Shown: positions 12,387 through 25,621 of the stretch, piece after piece
Layout: every line of letters starts with the position of its first letter
Position numbering within the stretch: position 1 is the stretch's first letter
Source: Patellaria atrata CBS 101060
Taxonomy: Eukaryota
Reading direction: 5' to 3'
NCBI GenBank assembly: GCA_010093705.1
Contig: MU006104.1
Location: 556,992-620,991, forward strand
Length of the DNA: 64,000 bases
Notes under the pieces: model-generated
What the model saw: only the letters and a program-made list of their open reading frames with translations
What the model was told of the DNA's origin: nothing
Database searches by the model: none
Made by a program: the position numbers and the translations under genes

Positions 12387-12854
12387 GCCGAATAATCGGT
12401 CGTGGTTCCTAAGACTTAGCAATTGATGGTAACCTTCGAGACAAAACCCTAGGGTGGGGAATTTGGGTGTGATTTCCCTTACCCGTGATGACAGTACTGC
12501 GCCATTTGGGGGTGTTGAGGAAAAAAGAAGGAAAGGGGGTTGAAGGATAAATATATGGATACGAAATTATGAGAGCACGACTTCGTGAATTTGAATTAAA
12601 TAGTTAACTGTAATAACAACGCCGGATTGGCTTTTCTTCGCACCTTCCAAATCGTAAACCCGCTTAAAGTAAATACAACATAAGAAGTTGAGGTGAAAGC
12701 TAGCATACCAGTGCTTTCGTGTAGAGCGAACCCTTTCGCAGGACTCACTAACATAACTCCGACGCCAATTTCAAACCCGTAAAATCAGTCTCACAGATAA
12801 GGAAGAGAAGACAGATAGTTAAATGAACTGACACATACTCAATGCTTTATCCCA

Positions 12855-14275
12855 TCACGAGTAAAACTGCCCCTTTTGAAAGCTCTCAACGCCCATATCC
12901 CCCGCTTTCCCACTCACAACCGGTGGCTTTCCTTCCTTCAACCCCACCGTCGACGTCTCACTCGTCATTGTCTGCGTCCTGCTTCCCGGTTGACTCCCCG
13001 CCTGACTCCCCGGTGGCATAATCGCCTGCTGCTGTTTTCTCTGTACGGGTTCCAGGTACGGTTTCGGCAGGTACCCGACCCTACCATCTCTCGCCCTACA
13101 CCTCCACCACTCTGACTGATGGCCTAGAGGATCCGTCTTACTGAGTACAGCGACCAAATCACCCTTTTTGACTGCCAGATCGACACCTTGCACGTTTGAC
13201 GCGTTCGTGTCGGGCGTAAAGTCATACATGACGCGACAAAAGTCTAATTTACTCGGGTCCAACGGTTGCTGTGCCGCCATCGGGTCCGCAAGGTGCGGAT
13301 TCGCCCCCATGAGCCTTCTCTGCTCTTCTTCCTGCGACTTAGCGAGGGCCTTGATGAGTTTGCCCATCAGGTAGGGTAGGCCGAAAACGGCCAGAATAAA
13401 CATGATGAAAGGTTTCTTGGATGGACGAGGGGCTGCAGGAGAGCCGTCGGGCATCCGGCCGGTGAAGGTGGCGAAGTTGGAGGGGGTCAGCTCTTTGCTG
13501 CTGGCGGGTGGAGGGCGACCGGTGATTTTTGCAATTAGGGTACGCATCCAGCGCATTAAGGTGTAGATGCCGAGGACGGAGCCAAGAGTCTGGCGAAGAT
13601 TTCCGAATTGTTCGGCTACGGAGACCATTGCTATTGTATGTTAGAGAATATATCTCGGTTGAAAGAACTCAGGTCAGACGTACCGAAGAACGACGAATGT
13701 GTCGCCATATATGTGCTCTCCAACATCTGCGCAAAGCCCCCAAAAGCGCCTACTATGCTCTCGATAAGCTGGAAAGTTGCCTGTGTGCTTTGGCTGAAAC
13801 TCTGCGTCAAGCTAGGATTGTTTGGATCTCCAGGCATGCCCATCCCGCCGCCGTACATGCCACCCATACCGTATCCACCCATGCCGCCCATTCCGCCATA
13901 CATGCCTCCATATCCTCCGCCATACATGGAGCCATAACCACCCCCGAGGCGGGAATAAGGGGAAGAGTAGCTGTTCATGCTGCCGTAGCCATATGGTGAT
14001 GATCCGAAACGATTCGCCGTTGAGTAATTCGATGCGGTGGTGTTAACAACAGAGTTCAACGAGCTAGGTCTACTCGGTAGTGCAGGTGGATTCGCTCCTG
14101 TAGTGGTCGCTGTTGTTGTAGAAGAGGGGTTAGAGACTGGGTTGCTTGACGAGACGCCTGTACGTGTACCTCATTAGTGATCATTCTGCATGACAAAGAC
14201 AATTAACATACCGCTCGATGTAGGGGTTGCGTCACCGGCTCTTTCCCATGGTTTGGGAGGTGATGGTGAGGGCAT
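12855..14275 (-). CDS. PEX13: Peroxin-13
   Basis: MPSPSPPKPWE start, YG-rich segment, QSTQATFQLIESIVGAFGGFAQMLESTYMATHSSFF, TM segment and C-terminal SH3 domain (WWRCRARDGRVGYLP). Two introns. Confidence 0.95.
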
Positions 14276-15158
14276 CCTCTGTGTGATTACGACGTTATGA
14301 AGACCTCATCGAAGCAAAGAGTGATGGGCCAGGTGCGCTCAAGTCTGCGCGGATGTCCGTGAAAGTTCGATGTTCAGGAAAACGAGGCGATGATGACGAG
14401 CGGGGATTGGCGGTAAAGTCGTTACCTTAGCGGTACGGGTCTTGTGGCTCGATTTATGAGCTATAACAGTGCGCTTTAAAAAGGATAAAGGATCCCTTGA
14501 AATTAGTGGTATTGCTGGTGGCATATGAAAGATAAGAGTAATGTTCAAAGAAAAATTGAGAGTTTGAATAGCGATGTGGTTGAACGCTTCCAGACTCGGA
14601 ATCTGGGGTGGGTGTCGGCTTTGCCGAGGTGCATCACATTTACAACAAGGACTGGAATTCGCGACCGAACTCCAGCCAACGGTACACTGTTCTTTTCTAA
14701 ATAATTCTACCTATCTTATCTATCTATTCAACTTGATCAAGTCTCATGATGTCGTTTAGATCAGATTACAACTAATATAATGTTAAGACGTTAAAAGTGT
14801 CGAAGATTGCAAACAGCGCAATAGATGGGAAGGAAGATATGAAATTTGATCGAAGTATTTTACTTCCTTAATCATTTGCGACTATCTAGGTACCAGTAAA
14901 TGTTACTGTAGCCGATGAAAACAGGAGCCTGCCCAATCTAGCATCGCCTCATCACATCGTAAATCGTCGGATCCTGAGATGTATCCGGATCAGCCTCCTT
15001 ATCAAGATAATACATACTGAACCCGTAACGCCCTTCTGTCTGTGCAGACATAACGCCGTTGTGTAGTCGCCAGGGCTGACACTCAGATCTCAATGTAAAG
15101 TATAAACAAGAATCGAAGAATTGTACTTTCGACAACGCCGTGGACAAGGAAATCAGTG

Positions 15159-16677
15159 TCATGCAAGGTCGAAGATGGAAGTCAAGATATTCTGGCGCGC
15201 ATCATCAGCTATCCCCATTATCGAGGATGTTGACTTGCTTGCTCCGAATGTAGTATCGTCATCCAGAATCTCGATATGAATTGAACCTTCATGCATAACC
15301 ATAGCGGCCTTAATAGTCTTCGATGTTGGACGAACAAAGTAGTTGGAATCGCCGCCTTGGTTGTGGACGGGTCCATGATAAGTCGATTTACAGCGCGTAT
15401 TGCCCGAATCAAGAACTTCGAAAAGGTCGAATTCACCACATCCGGATGTCCAGCAAGAGCATGATGCGTCGCCATATTGCAATGTTCGTGGAATTTGTGC
15501 GTTGAGCGTCCAGATAGCGGGCATATTCTCATTCCATCCGACTCTGCCGTCGTCTGGCATAGAGAACTCCATGAAAAACGCCTTTGACGGACCTCCAAAA
15601 CCCTCTGTCGAAATGTTGGCGAGATTCAAGTACAAGAGATTACAGACTTACCATAAGCAACAGTACCAGGACGAACGAAGCCACAGTTATCGCCATCACA
15701 GGGCTTATCAGAAAAGATTGCGAACTCTTTGTTAGACGGTATTCCGACGTCTCTGAGGACCTCAGGTGACGCGCAACCAGAAACTCCATCTGATCCGAGA
15801 TAGGAAAGCGAATTCCCAAAGGCACTATAAAAGGGTCAGCTGTTGATCATTCGAAATACTGTTCGATTACTTACTAGTCAAATACTCCGGAACCTTGACC
15901 GCCATAATGACCCAAGAAAACGAGTCCGTCCGCAATCGCTTGCTCAGCATTGTAGTACGCAATCTGGGTCCAGTCACCTGTTCCAGCTGGTTGCGGGGCA
16001 CTTTGACTCGGAGATGGTTTCGGGCGGGATTGCTCTTGCGCTGGCCGGCCAACCGAGGGTGATCCAAATGAGGGTGACACAACTGAAGGTGAACCGACTG
16101 TAGGCTGCGTAGCTTGTGCTGCTGATGGATTTTGCGCCGGGACTGCTACAGCAGGGGTGGGCTCGCCAGAGTACTCGTTGATCCAGGAGACTACTTGACC
16201 GTTGATTGTTGCGATAACTAGGTCACCAACCGCTCGCTTTTCTGCTTGAACGATGTCATTGTTTGGGACTACCGTATCCTTGCGCTTATGGAATGCAGAA
16301 TGGCCATGTCCACCGAGTCTACGCTCATGAATAGTGCGTTTTGCTGAGCGCGCTTTCTGCTGAGTTGATGCGCCAGGCACATAGACGGCGAATTGTTTGA
16401 GCTGGACTGGACCGCGAAAGTGGAAGGATATGTCTTCATCCATGGGTGCTAAACTTCCTTCAAAATCGAAATCGACGGAAGAGCATGTACGAGTGTTCTC
16501 GTTGAAACCGGTGACTTTCTTATAAGTTCCCCTACCACCGACGCCATGGTAACTAATACGCTGGACGGCTTGACAGTACCAATTCCCGTTGATCTGCTTA
16601 CTCGTGCCGGTGCAGAGGTCAGCCTGGACGCCTGCAGTCAAGGCTGTTAATGCTGCTGCCAGAGCGACACTGCGCAT
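15159..16677 (-). CDS. TOS1: TOS1/YJL171C-like secreted cell-wall glucanase-like protein (3 exons)
   Basis: Signal peptide MRSVALAAAL, INGNWYC, SFHFRGPVQLKQFAVY, MPAIWTLNAQIPRTLQYG and CSCWTSGCGEFDLFEVL. Confidence 0.85.
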
Positions 16678-19103
16678 CGTGAAAGAATGGAAGTGTTCAA
16701 ACAGTTTGTTTAGAGTTATGACTGTTGAAGTTGAATGGCACGACAATAAAAGAAACTGAATGTGGAAGATTGAAATTAAGGATCGACTTGGTAAGTTTTC
16801 TCTTTCCTGGGTTCTTGGCGTAAATTTGTTGTTTCAGTAGAAGAAAAGAGTGTGTGATGTTTTGAGCAAGTTGGAGAAAAAAGGAGTGAATAGGGCTTTG
16901 CCTGCACGTGGTTTTTAAGGTCACAGACCTGTGATGAAGGAGCGGTATGCTCTTTCAAACGATGAGCTTTACTGAGGTGACGAAAGAAAAGAATGACTGA
17001 TCATGCAAAGCAAGTCATTTAGGTCGATAGTTCTAAGAGAGCGTGAAGCGAAGAGTCAAGAATCCGTGTAACAAAACAGGACAGAATTTCACAAGTGAAC
17101 AAAGCTGGAGCTTCGCGCCGCTATATGTGTATGTTGAGTTTCATACGATGTGGTAGTACGGTACGGGATGAATGAACACCCAATGAGGCTTAGCGTCAGG
17201 TACAGACAATAAGCTTTGTTTCCCTTGTAGAACTACGAATTCTGCGCCAATCTTCATCCGTTGTCACCCTTTCTCGTTTGTTCTCACACCTCCCACCTGA
17301 AGCGCGGCGCAATCATAAAATCATGGGGAGCCGCTGAACGGCTGAAAGTTGTATCAGATCGAATGCGCCATACCGCTCTATGATATCTCATAGGCTATTA
17401 GACAAACTTGTCACCTTCATCAAACGCTGTACACAGGAGAACACTGTCCAACGATATCACATTTTTTACATGTCGTGGCTCTTGTATTTGCGAGCTCTTA
17501 TAAGAAAATAAAAACCTCGACTCTAAACTTAACCTTAACTCGACCAGAATCTTTTAATATACCAAAGCTACAGTATAATCAAAAGTTGAAAAGTCGACAA
17601 AGGAACCTGGAATTGCTTTCTTCCCCCCTCTTGGCGCGACGTTTCAAACCCACAAGGACCTCCTGTTTGGCGTTTCCATTTAAGGAGTCAAGGAGGAGCA
17701 AGTTCTTGGTTCATCTGAGTTTCATTTTACTTTATACGAAATCAAAGGTCATAATTAAAAAAATATAGCCACGTAGGGCCGAAGCATAGAAAACTTCTAG
17801 TCTATGATCGAATGTATCACAATGTGCGACGTGCGGAAAGTGACCAAGCCCCTGGCCAGCGCACACTGATTCCATGTAACCTAGTCAAGAGGATCTCTAT
17901 GTTACGACAACAGAGCAACAGCCGGTATTTCCATTGTTATCCAAATTCTAAGACTCTAGGCGCAAGCCAAGCTATACACCCAATTCTCGTCCATTTACTT
18001 CGTCCCTTAATAGTGTCTTTAGCCAAATCCATTCTGCGTGTTGGGACAATCGTCTACAGTAATTCGTAAAGAAGAGCCAAAGCTAGATTGATTTATGAAA
18101 AGAAGATCGGACGAATAGTTACCGTAGAAACGTAGAATTTTAATCATAAATACCAACATATAGAAAGACATGTGTACGAATGACCCATGCTTGCTAGAAG
18201 CGATTCCGATGTTGATCCCAACATATGGAATACACTGACTACGCCAGGGCATAGATGCCATGCAATAGCAGTCTTGCTATCATGAGAACAACATACCATA
18301 CTGTACAACACCTATAGAATGCACTAGTGGGATGATGATTTTCTATGGGATCAATCTAATCTGAAGTAAAGTCAGTCTACTAACCAAGGACATTGATACA
18401 AATTAAAGAGGGCGAATTTGGGTGCATATCAGAAGTCCATTTAGATCATCGGGGTTTTTATGCCCCTGACATAAGAGGTACCAGAAAATAAGTATACGGT
18501 AGTATCATCACTGGCAAAGGAAATTGGAATATAAGCAACAAATGACTTACTGGGTGCAATTATGTTCTCCATTAAAATCATTATCATCCCTTTCCCTGCC
18601 GTGGTATTCTTCGTCCCTGTACGCTCCCTTTCAGGCTGTCTCTACACCTACTATGTACAGTCTCTTCAAATCACATTATAATTGGGACTGAACCGTACGA
18701 CTATATCGTAAGCTTTGAGTAAGTGTACAGAGCACGGGGATCGATCATGATGACAGAAAAGATCAGTGAAGATATCTGTCGAGATGAATCGCTAGGGTTG
18801 GAAAGAAGTCCTCGTGCATGGAGAACTACCCTCCATGTTAGAGACAGTAAGCTGGGCCGATTACATGCAATGATGAAAGAAGTGTGATAGACATGACTGG
18901 AATATTAACAGATGGGTTAGATATTTTCCAGACGTTGAAGAACTGATGGAACATTTATATAAGGGCAGAAAATTTAGCGAAAGAATTCACGACCGAAGTT
19001 TTTCCGCCCACAAACCGCCTACCTCAAACAATTCCTCACCATTCTCAAATTCGCCAAATAGCAACATCTTTCGAAACCCCAGGAGTTTATACCAGCATCC
19101 AAA

Positions 19104-19837
19104 ATGGGTCGTCTTCATAGCAACGGAAAGGGTATATCCTCCTCGGCGATTCCATACAGCCGTACACCTCCCGCATGGCTCAAGACCACCCCCGATCAGG
19201 TCGTTGACCAGATCTGCAAGCTCGCCAGAAAGGGTGCCACTCCATCTCAGATCGGTGTTGTTCTCCGTGACTCTCACGGCATTGCTCAAGTCAAGGTTGT
19301 CACTGGTATGCCATTGGATTCGATGCTGCCCATGTCGGGAACGACCATAACTAACAAAGAGCTTAGGTAACAAGATCCTCAGAATCCTGAAGTCCAACGG
19401 TATGATACAACCCATATAAATGTGGAATCTTTCGCAACCTCCATCAAAACCTTTTGGGCATATAGTCTTTTGGTTCTATTAGATTCCACATACAACCGAC
19501 AATGCGTCGCATTATGCCTCTGCTTGGTCAATATGACTGACGGAGTGATTTTTCGTAGGCTTAGCACCCGAGATCCCAGAGGATCTTTACATGCTTATTA
19601 AAAAGGTCTGTTAATTCACCGGGTTCTTCTGCAAAAATTGCGATATTGATACTCTCGATATAGGCTGTTGCTGTTCGCAAGCATCTTGAGCGCAACCGAA
19701 AGGACAAGGACTCCAAGTTCCGATTGATTCTCATTGAATCCCGTATCCACCGTCTATCACGTTACTACAAGACAGTTGGCGCGCTTCCTCCCACCTGGAA
19801 ATATGAGAGTGCCACCGCCAGTACTCTAGTCGCATAG
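19104..19837 (+). CDS. RPS13: 40S ribosomal protein S13 (uS15), 4 exons
   Basis: [20 protein letters not shown]...[16 protein letters not shown]...[19 protein letters not shown]. Introns at 19306-19366, 19400-19558 and 19606-19663. Confidence 0.97.
19420..19497 (+). ncRNA. Candidate structured intronic RNA (hairpin followed by ACA) in RPS13 intron 2
   Basis: Perfect 11-bp inverted repeat ATGTGGAATCT (19420-30) / AGATTCCACAT (19481-91), an inner AACC/GGTT pairing, and ACA at 19492. Confidence 0.4.
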
Positions 19838-20166
19838 TTTGGGCGAGCGGGTAGCTTAGGTCGGGGAGTGATGGTCATTTATGCATAACTCATTCAGGTT
19901 CCTATCGACCTCGAGTGGCGCAAGAGGTGTTGAGCAACAAAAATGTAATGATTGCGAAATTAACTGGATTGATCAATGCTCGTGCAATGAATTGCTGTGT
20001 CTTTACTACATATATTTATACAAGTTGAGCGCTGAAGCTCACCAACGCAACGAACCACTATTAGAGTTCTACTGCTTCACTTCACACATCTTATAGATGA
20101 TGTTAGTGAACCTAACGCCGTCGCTATGCATATTCAGAAAAACATCTTTTGTCCATCCATAGAACC

Positions 20167-20844
20167 CTAAGAACCTTCGACCTCTCTGCTTCTTTCCGCC
20201 AGGAACTCAGAAAGCCACTGTAAGGGCTTAGCAGGTCTAACAAGAACACGGACGAGTTAGCTGGTGGCTATTGGGTTTCTCTCAACCCCGAAATTTCTAT
20301 TTTCGGTCTTTGCCTGAGGTCCACTCACTCATTCACAGCTAACAGCTTCATTCCTTCCAACAAATGCGGCGTAACCTTCTGATTGAGATAAACACGTGTG
20401 GGTGAACCGTGAGGATTTGCCGTCTTCGGAACCGGTACGGAAGCTTGGGTATGAGGGTGCGGCGAACTACGCGCTTGCGATGCCTGCGCTGGTGCTGTTA
20501 TCGAAGGAGGTGTAGAGACCACCGGTGTCACTGGTGCTGTAGCCGTAGGTGGACCCGCAGGGAGGGAAATAGTAGAAGGATCTACCACTGATATTTCCTG
20601 GCATAGAGTTAGAAAAGTTTGAATATACAGAGAGCATGTGCGCGAGAGGATGATAATTTACAGGTACGGTAGCTTGATCCGCCATCAATACATCTTCGGG
20701 GGCAGTGATGCCATTGGGTTGGAGAGTCTCAGTATCTTGAGATAATGCTGTGAGAGCGGGATCAATTGCTCCTGTGAGGGCAGGGTCAATTGCTTCTGTG
20801 AGAGCAGGATCAATTAGGCCCATCACTGGTATTTCTGAAGACAT
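20167..20844 (-). CDS. SDC1: COMPASS subunit Sdc1/Dpy-30 (3 exons)
   Basis: HGSPTRVYLNQKVTPHLLEGMKLLAVNE then PAKPLQWLSEFLAERS (Dpy-30 motif). The N-terminus has IDPALT three times. Confidence 0.85.
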
Positions 20845-21101
20845 TTTGATGTTTGCAGATTGTATTCCAGCTTGGGAGGTGCCTGTTGTCTCTACTCTAA
20901 TCGTAACCGTCTGAATATAAAGTTCCTGAATAAGCAAGCGCCAAGCCTTATGAATCGACTACATTGAGGCAACTCCCCTCAAGTTTCCATCACCTATTCA
21001 CTTTCCGATACAAGTCGATCTCATCCCTTATGCGATCCATTAATTTAACATTCTCTTAAAATTTCATCTCGTAATCGCGCGACCTCATCGCAGACGTTAC
21101 G

Positions 21102-24100
21102 ATGTCGGACGGTATGGATAATCTCACCCCAATCCCGCAAAAACTAACCGCGACATCCACAGCCGACTTTGAACGAATAAAGCGCCTACAGCAAGAGCGT
21201 AACGCCCAGAAAGGTCTCAAAAGCTTTGATACGGCTGCCAAAGCAACTAACTCAGCAAAGGCTTCCCTCACCGAAAACTTCGATACCGCTGTCTACGGTC
21301 GCGATGGCGATGATAAATTTGCTGGATATAATAAATCCATCGCAGTCAATGGTGGTCCAGATGACGACGACGACCATGAGATGGGGGATTTTGACGATAC
21401 TAGACGGTTAGTTGGGCAATATACCGCCTCCCGAGCGCAAATAGATGAGTTTGCCAACACTGGTCGGGATGATGATATGATTACGAGTCGGGAAAAGCAA
21501 GCTCAGATCGCCTCCCGGGAGTCGGATTACCAAAAACGACGATTTGACCGGGGACCACTCACACCTACCCGAGCCGATCCTTTTGCCGAAAACGTTCAGA
21601 ATGGCACGCGTTACCGTGACACGATGGCTAGTCGTGAGCTGGAAAGAGAAGAGGCACGTGTGCAAAAGCTTATCGCAGATAAACAGACCAACGGCGAGTT
21701 AACACACAAGGAGCATAAACCTACGCTGAAAGAAGATACGAGTGATAAGGAAAACGCTCAAGCCGGCTCTACCGTGGATGCAGCGAGTGGAGCAGGTAGA
21801 AAACGAAAGCAGCGTTGGGATATTCCAGCGGCGGATAGTACTCCAACTGAGGATACAACGAAGAAGCGTTCTCGCTGGGATGTTACGGCTGCCCCTGACG
21901 AGGAGGCTGCCCCATCACGGCGGTCACGCTGGGATATGGCACCTGCGGTAGGTGGAGAGACTCCACGAGTCGCTCAAGGTCTAGCTACTCCAGCGCATCC
22001 ATCTCAAGCAGGAGTGGTTTCCTTCGGGACGGACGTATCAGCTCGTAACGCGCCACTATCTGACGAGGATTTAGACTTCCTTCTTCCTGGTGAAAAGGAG
22101 GGATACAAGATTCTCGAACCTCCACCCGGTTACGAACCTTTGCGAGTTAGTGTTCGTAGAACGGTACCCACACCCTCAGCGGCAGCAGGAGCTAGTGGAT
22201 ATGGAGGCTTCATGATGCAAGAGCCTGAAACCATACAGGCATTGGGAAAACAACTTCCTACTAATATCCCCGGTGTAGGAGAATTGCCATTTTTCAAACC
22301 GGAGGATATGACGTATTTTGGCAAACTTTTTGATGGTGCAGACGAAAATGATCTCAGCGTTGAAGAGCTCAAGGAACGAAAGATAGCTAGATTATTGCTG
22401 AAAGTCAAGAATGGTACCCCCTCTCAGAGGAAGAGCTCCCTCAGATCTCTTACAGATAGTGCGAAAGCTTTTGGCGCTGGCCCCCTCTTCAATCAAATTT
22501 TACCCCTACTCATGGAGAAGTCCCTAGAAGATCAAGAACGTCATTTGCTAGTCAAGGTCATCGATCGTATCTTGTGGAAGCTCTCCGAGGATGTTAGGCC
22601 TTATGTGCATCGTATCCTTGTTGTTATCGAGCCGCTTCTCATTGATCAGGATTATTATGCTCGCGTTGAAGGTCGAGAAATTATCTCGAATCTCGCCAAA
22701 GCTGCCGGTCTAGCAACTATGATTAGTACAATGAGGCCCGAGATAGATCACGCCGATGAATACGTCAGGAACACAACTGCTAGAGCTTTTGCAGTCGTTG
22801 CTTCAGCCCTAGGCATTTCCTCCCTACTTCCTTTCTTGCGAGCTGTTTGCCGAAGCAAAAAGTCATGGCATGCTCGTCACACCGGTGTCAAGATCGTTCA
22901 GCAGATTGCAATTCTGGTAGGAGCTGCATGCTTGCCTAATCTACCAGCTCTAATCGACTGTATCGCCGCTAACCTCTCAGATGAACAAGCAAAAGTTCGA
23001 ACAGTGACGAGTTTAGCGATAGCCGCCCTCGCGGAAGCTTGTAGTCCATATGGCATTGAAAGTTTCGATCCTATTCTCAATCCGCTGTGGACTGGCGCTA
23101 GAAAGCAGAGAGGTAAAGGTCTGGCTGGCTATCTCAAAGCAATCGGCTATATCATTCCTTTGATGGACGAAGAGTATGCGAATTACTACACAAGTCAGAT
23201 TATGGAGATTGTTATCCGAGAGTATGCTTCAGCGGATGAGGAAATGAAGCGAATATGCTGTCAGGTCACCATAAGTATCAACAGAGCAAACGGCATTACT
23301 CCGATGTACCTGAGAGAACACGTCGTGGATGAGTTTTTCAAGGCTTTCTGGGTGAAAAGAACTGCCCTTGATCGACGAATCCTTCGGTCTGTTGTAGACA
23401 CGACTATCGATCTTGCACAAAAGGTTGGTGGAGCGGAGATTGTGGAGCGCCTCTGGCCTCACCTCAAGGAGGAGAACGAGCCTTATCGAAAGATGACCGT
23501 CGAGACCATCGAAAAAATTATCGCTAGTCTTGGGACTGCGGACTTCGGTGAGCGTCTTGAAGAACATCTTATCGATGGTATGCTTTTCGCGTTCCAGGAA
23601 CAAACTGTTGAAGATCCCGTCCTTCTTAACGGATTCGGCACCTTAGTCAATGCGCTAGGGGAACGCATGAAGCCCTACTTCCCCCAAGTCGTGTCTACTA
23701 TGTTGTTCAGACTGGGTCACCGAACACCTGTTTGCCGTCAACAGAGTGCTGACCTTATAAGCCGCACGGTGAAGACTCTAGCAAGGTGTGGAGAGGACGA
23801 TCTTGTGATCAAACTCGGCCAGGTCCTCTATGAGTATCTTGGAGAAGAGTATCCTGAGGTTCTAGGCTCCATTCTTGGTGCACTACGATCCATTGTTGCT
23901 TGCGTCAGGATTGACCAGATGCAACCACCCATTAAAGATCTCCTACTCCGAGTTGCTCCAATTCTCCGCAATCGGCATGAGAAGGTACAAGAAAATGCTA
24001 TTGATCTTGTCGGCCGTATTGCTGAGTTTGCTCCCACCGCTGTAGGCAGTAAGGAAATGGTACGGATAGGTTGGGAGATGACGGAGATGTTGAAGGCACA

Positions 24101-24856
24101 TAAAAAGGGTATTCGGCGCGCAGCCAATAACACCTTCGGCTACATCGCTAAAGCGATCGGTCCATCGGACGTGCTTGCTGTTTTGCTATCACAGTTACGT
24201 GTATCAGAACGTCAGAGCCGTGTATGTGCTGCTGTGGCTATTGCTATCGTTGCAGAGGCTTGCGGACCTTTCTCAACTCTACCTGTTCTAATGAACGAGT
24301 ATAGAACACCGGAATTGAACGTCAGGTTTGTACACCCCCAAGGACCATAGACTAAGAAAGTAATGCTAACTCTGTTATCAGGACTGGAACTCTCAAAGCG
24401 CTCTCGTTCTTAACAGAGTACATCGGGGAGCTGTCAAAGGATTATGTCTACGCCCTGATTCCACTTCTTGAAGACGCTCTCACCGACCGAGACCAAGTGC
24501 ATCGTCAATCCAGCGCCAATATTATATCCCATCTAGGCACTACATTAGCCGGTTTAGGTTGCGAAGATGCTATGGTACATTTACTTTCCCTATTATGGCC
24601 TAACATCTTCGAAACCAGCCCTCACGTCATTGACCGCGTCATTGATGCAATTAACGGTATTAGACAGAGTGTCGGGACAGGTATCATCATGAACTACACG
24701 TTGGCAGGCCTTTTCTCTCCTGCTCGAAAGGTTAGGCAACCGTATCACCGCATCTACAACCTAATGTATGTGCAAAGTGCAGATTCTATGATTCCTTATT
24801 ATCCAGAGCTTGGGGAGGAATTCTACGCAAGGCCGGAATTGGATGTTGTTATATAA
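21102..24856 (+). CDS. SF3B1: U2 snRNP splicing factor SF3B1/Hsh155 (divergent), 2 exons
   Basis: RWD ULM motifs, [30 protein letters not shown] and [10 protein letters not shown]. Intron 24326-24381. Confidence 0.95.
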
Positions 24857-25621
24857 GTCTTGACTCCATCTTAAGAGGTGCTAGTCGTAGATTCAAGCAA
24901 CTATTATACTCCCTAATTGGAGTGGGAAGTAAACAGCATTTAGCTGGCGTTTAGGTGCAAGCGGTCTCTACATTTAGAGTTGGTGCAAGGGAAGGAGGCG
25001 ATTTCAATAAGACCTTATCGATCAGAAGATTAGAGGAAAGCTCCTGCTAGAGGAAGGGAGTTGCTTTGTTGGAGAGCTTCAATGCTCGGTGCTAGGTAGA
25101 GTAATATCAAAGGTATTATTAGAAGTATTCTTGTGAGAGTCTTGTTATGCTCCAGGTAGAAATGTGGAAAATGAGGTACTTCGCTTAGACTAGTTGTTGT
25201 TATGGCAATTTAGACGGCAAAGTTCAATTTCTGTCACAGCTCCTTTCCAGAATAGCGGCATAAGCTCACAGCTGTCACTTGGCCTTTATTCCGTGTCTAC
25301 TTCAACCCATCTTATCCCAGCAATAATCTCCTACATAGTACATGCTACTTAGAAATTATAATCATATCACAGTATTTATATCAGCTCTTGATCTATCATT
25401 TCTTCCTTCTAGATACTTTCGATGTCCTTCCCTGTAGCTCGTACCAGCTCCCTCGTCATCAGTGGGCAATTGTCTGAATACAGCTCAGCAGGATCTTCCT
25501 ATTCCAAATACGTCGAAATCTAATAGCGTCATGATAGGCGGTGAACTTCGAGTTTTCAATTTATAGTAGAAGATCAAAACGACTATTCTTACTCCACACT
25601 CCAACACTCCCTATAGATAAA

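Noticed and set aside
18330..18470. Possible C/D-box snoRNA (ATGATGA...CTGA)
   Set aside because: The boxes are only about 22 nt apart, with no terminal stem or recognisable rRNA guide.
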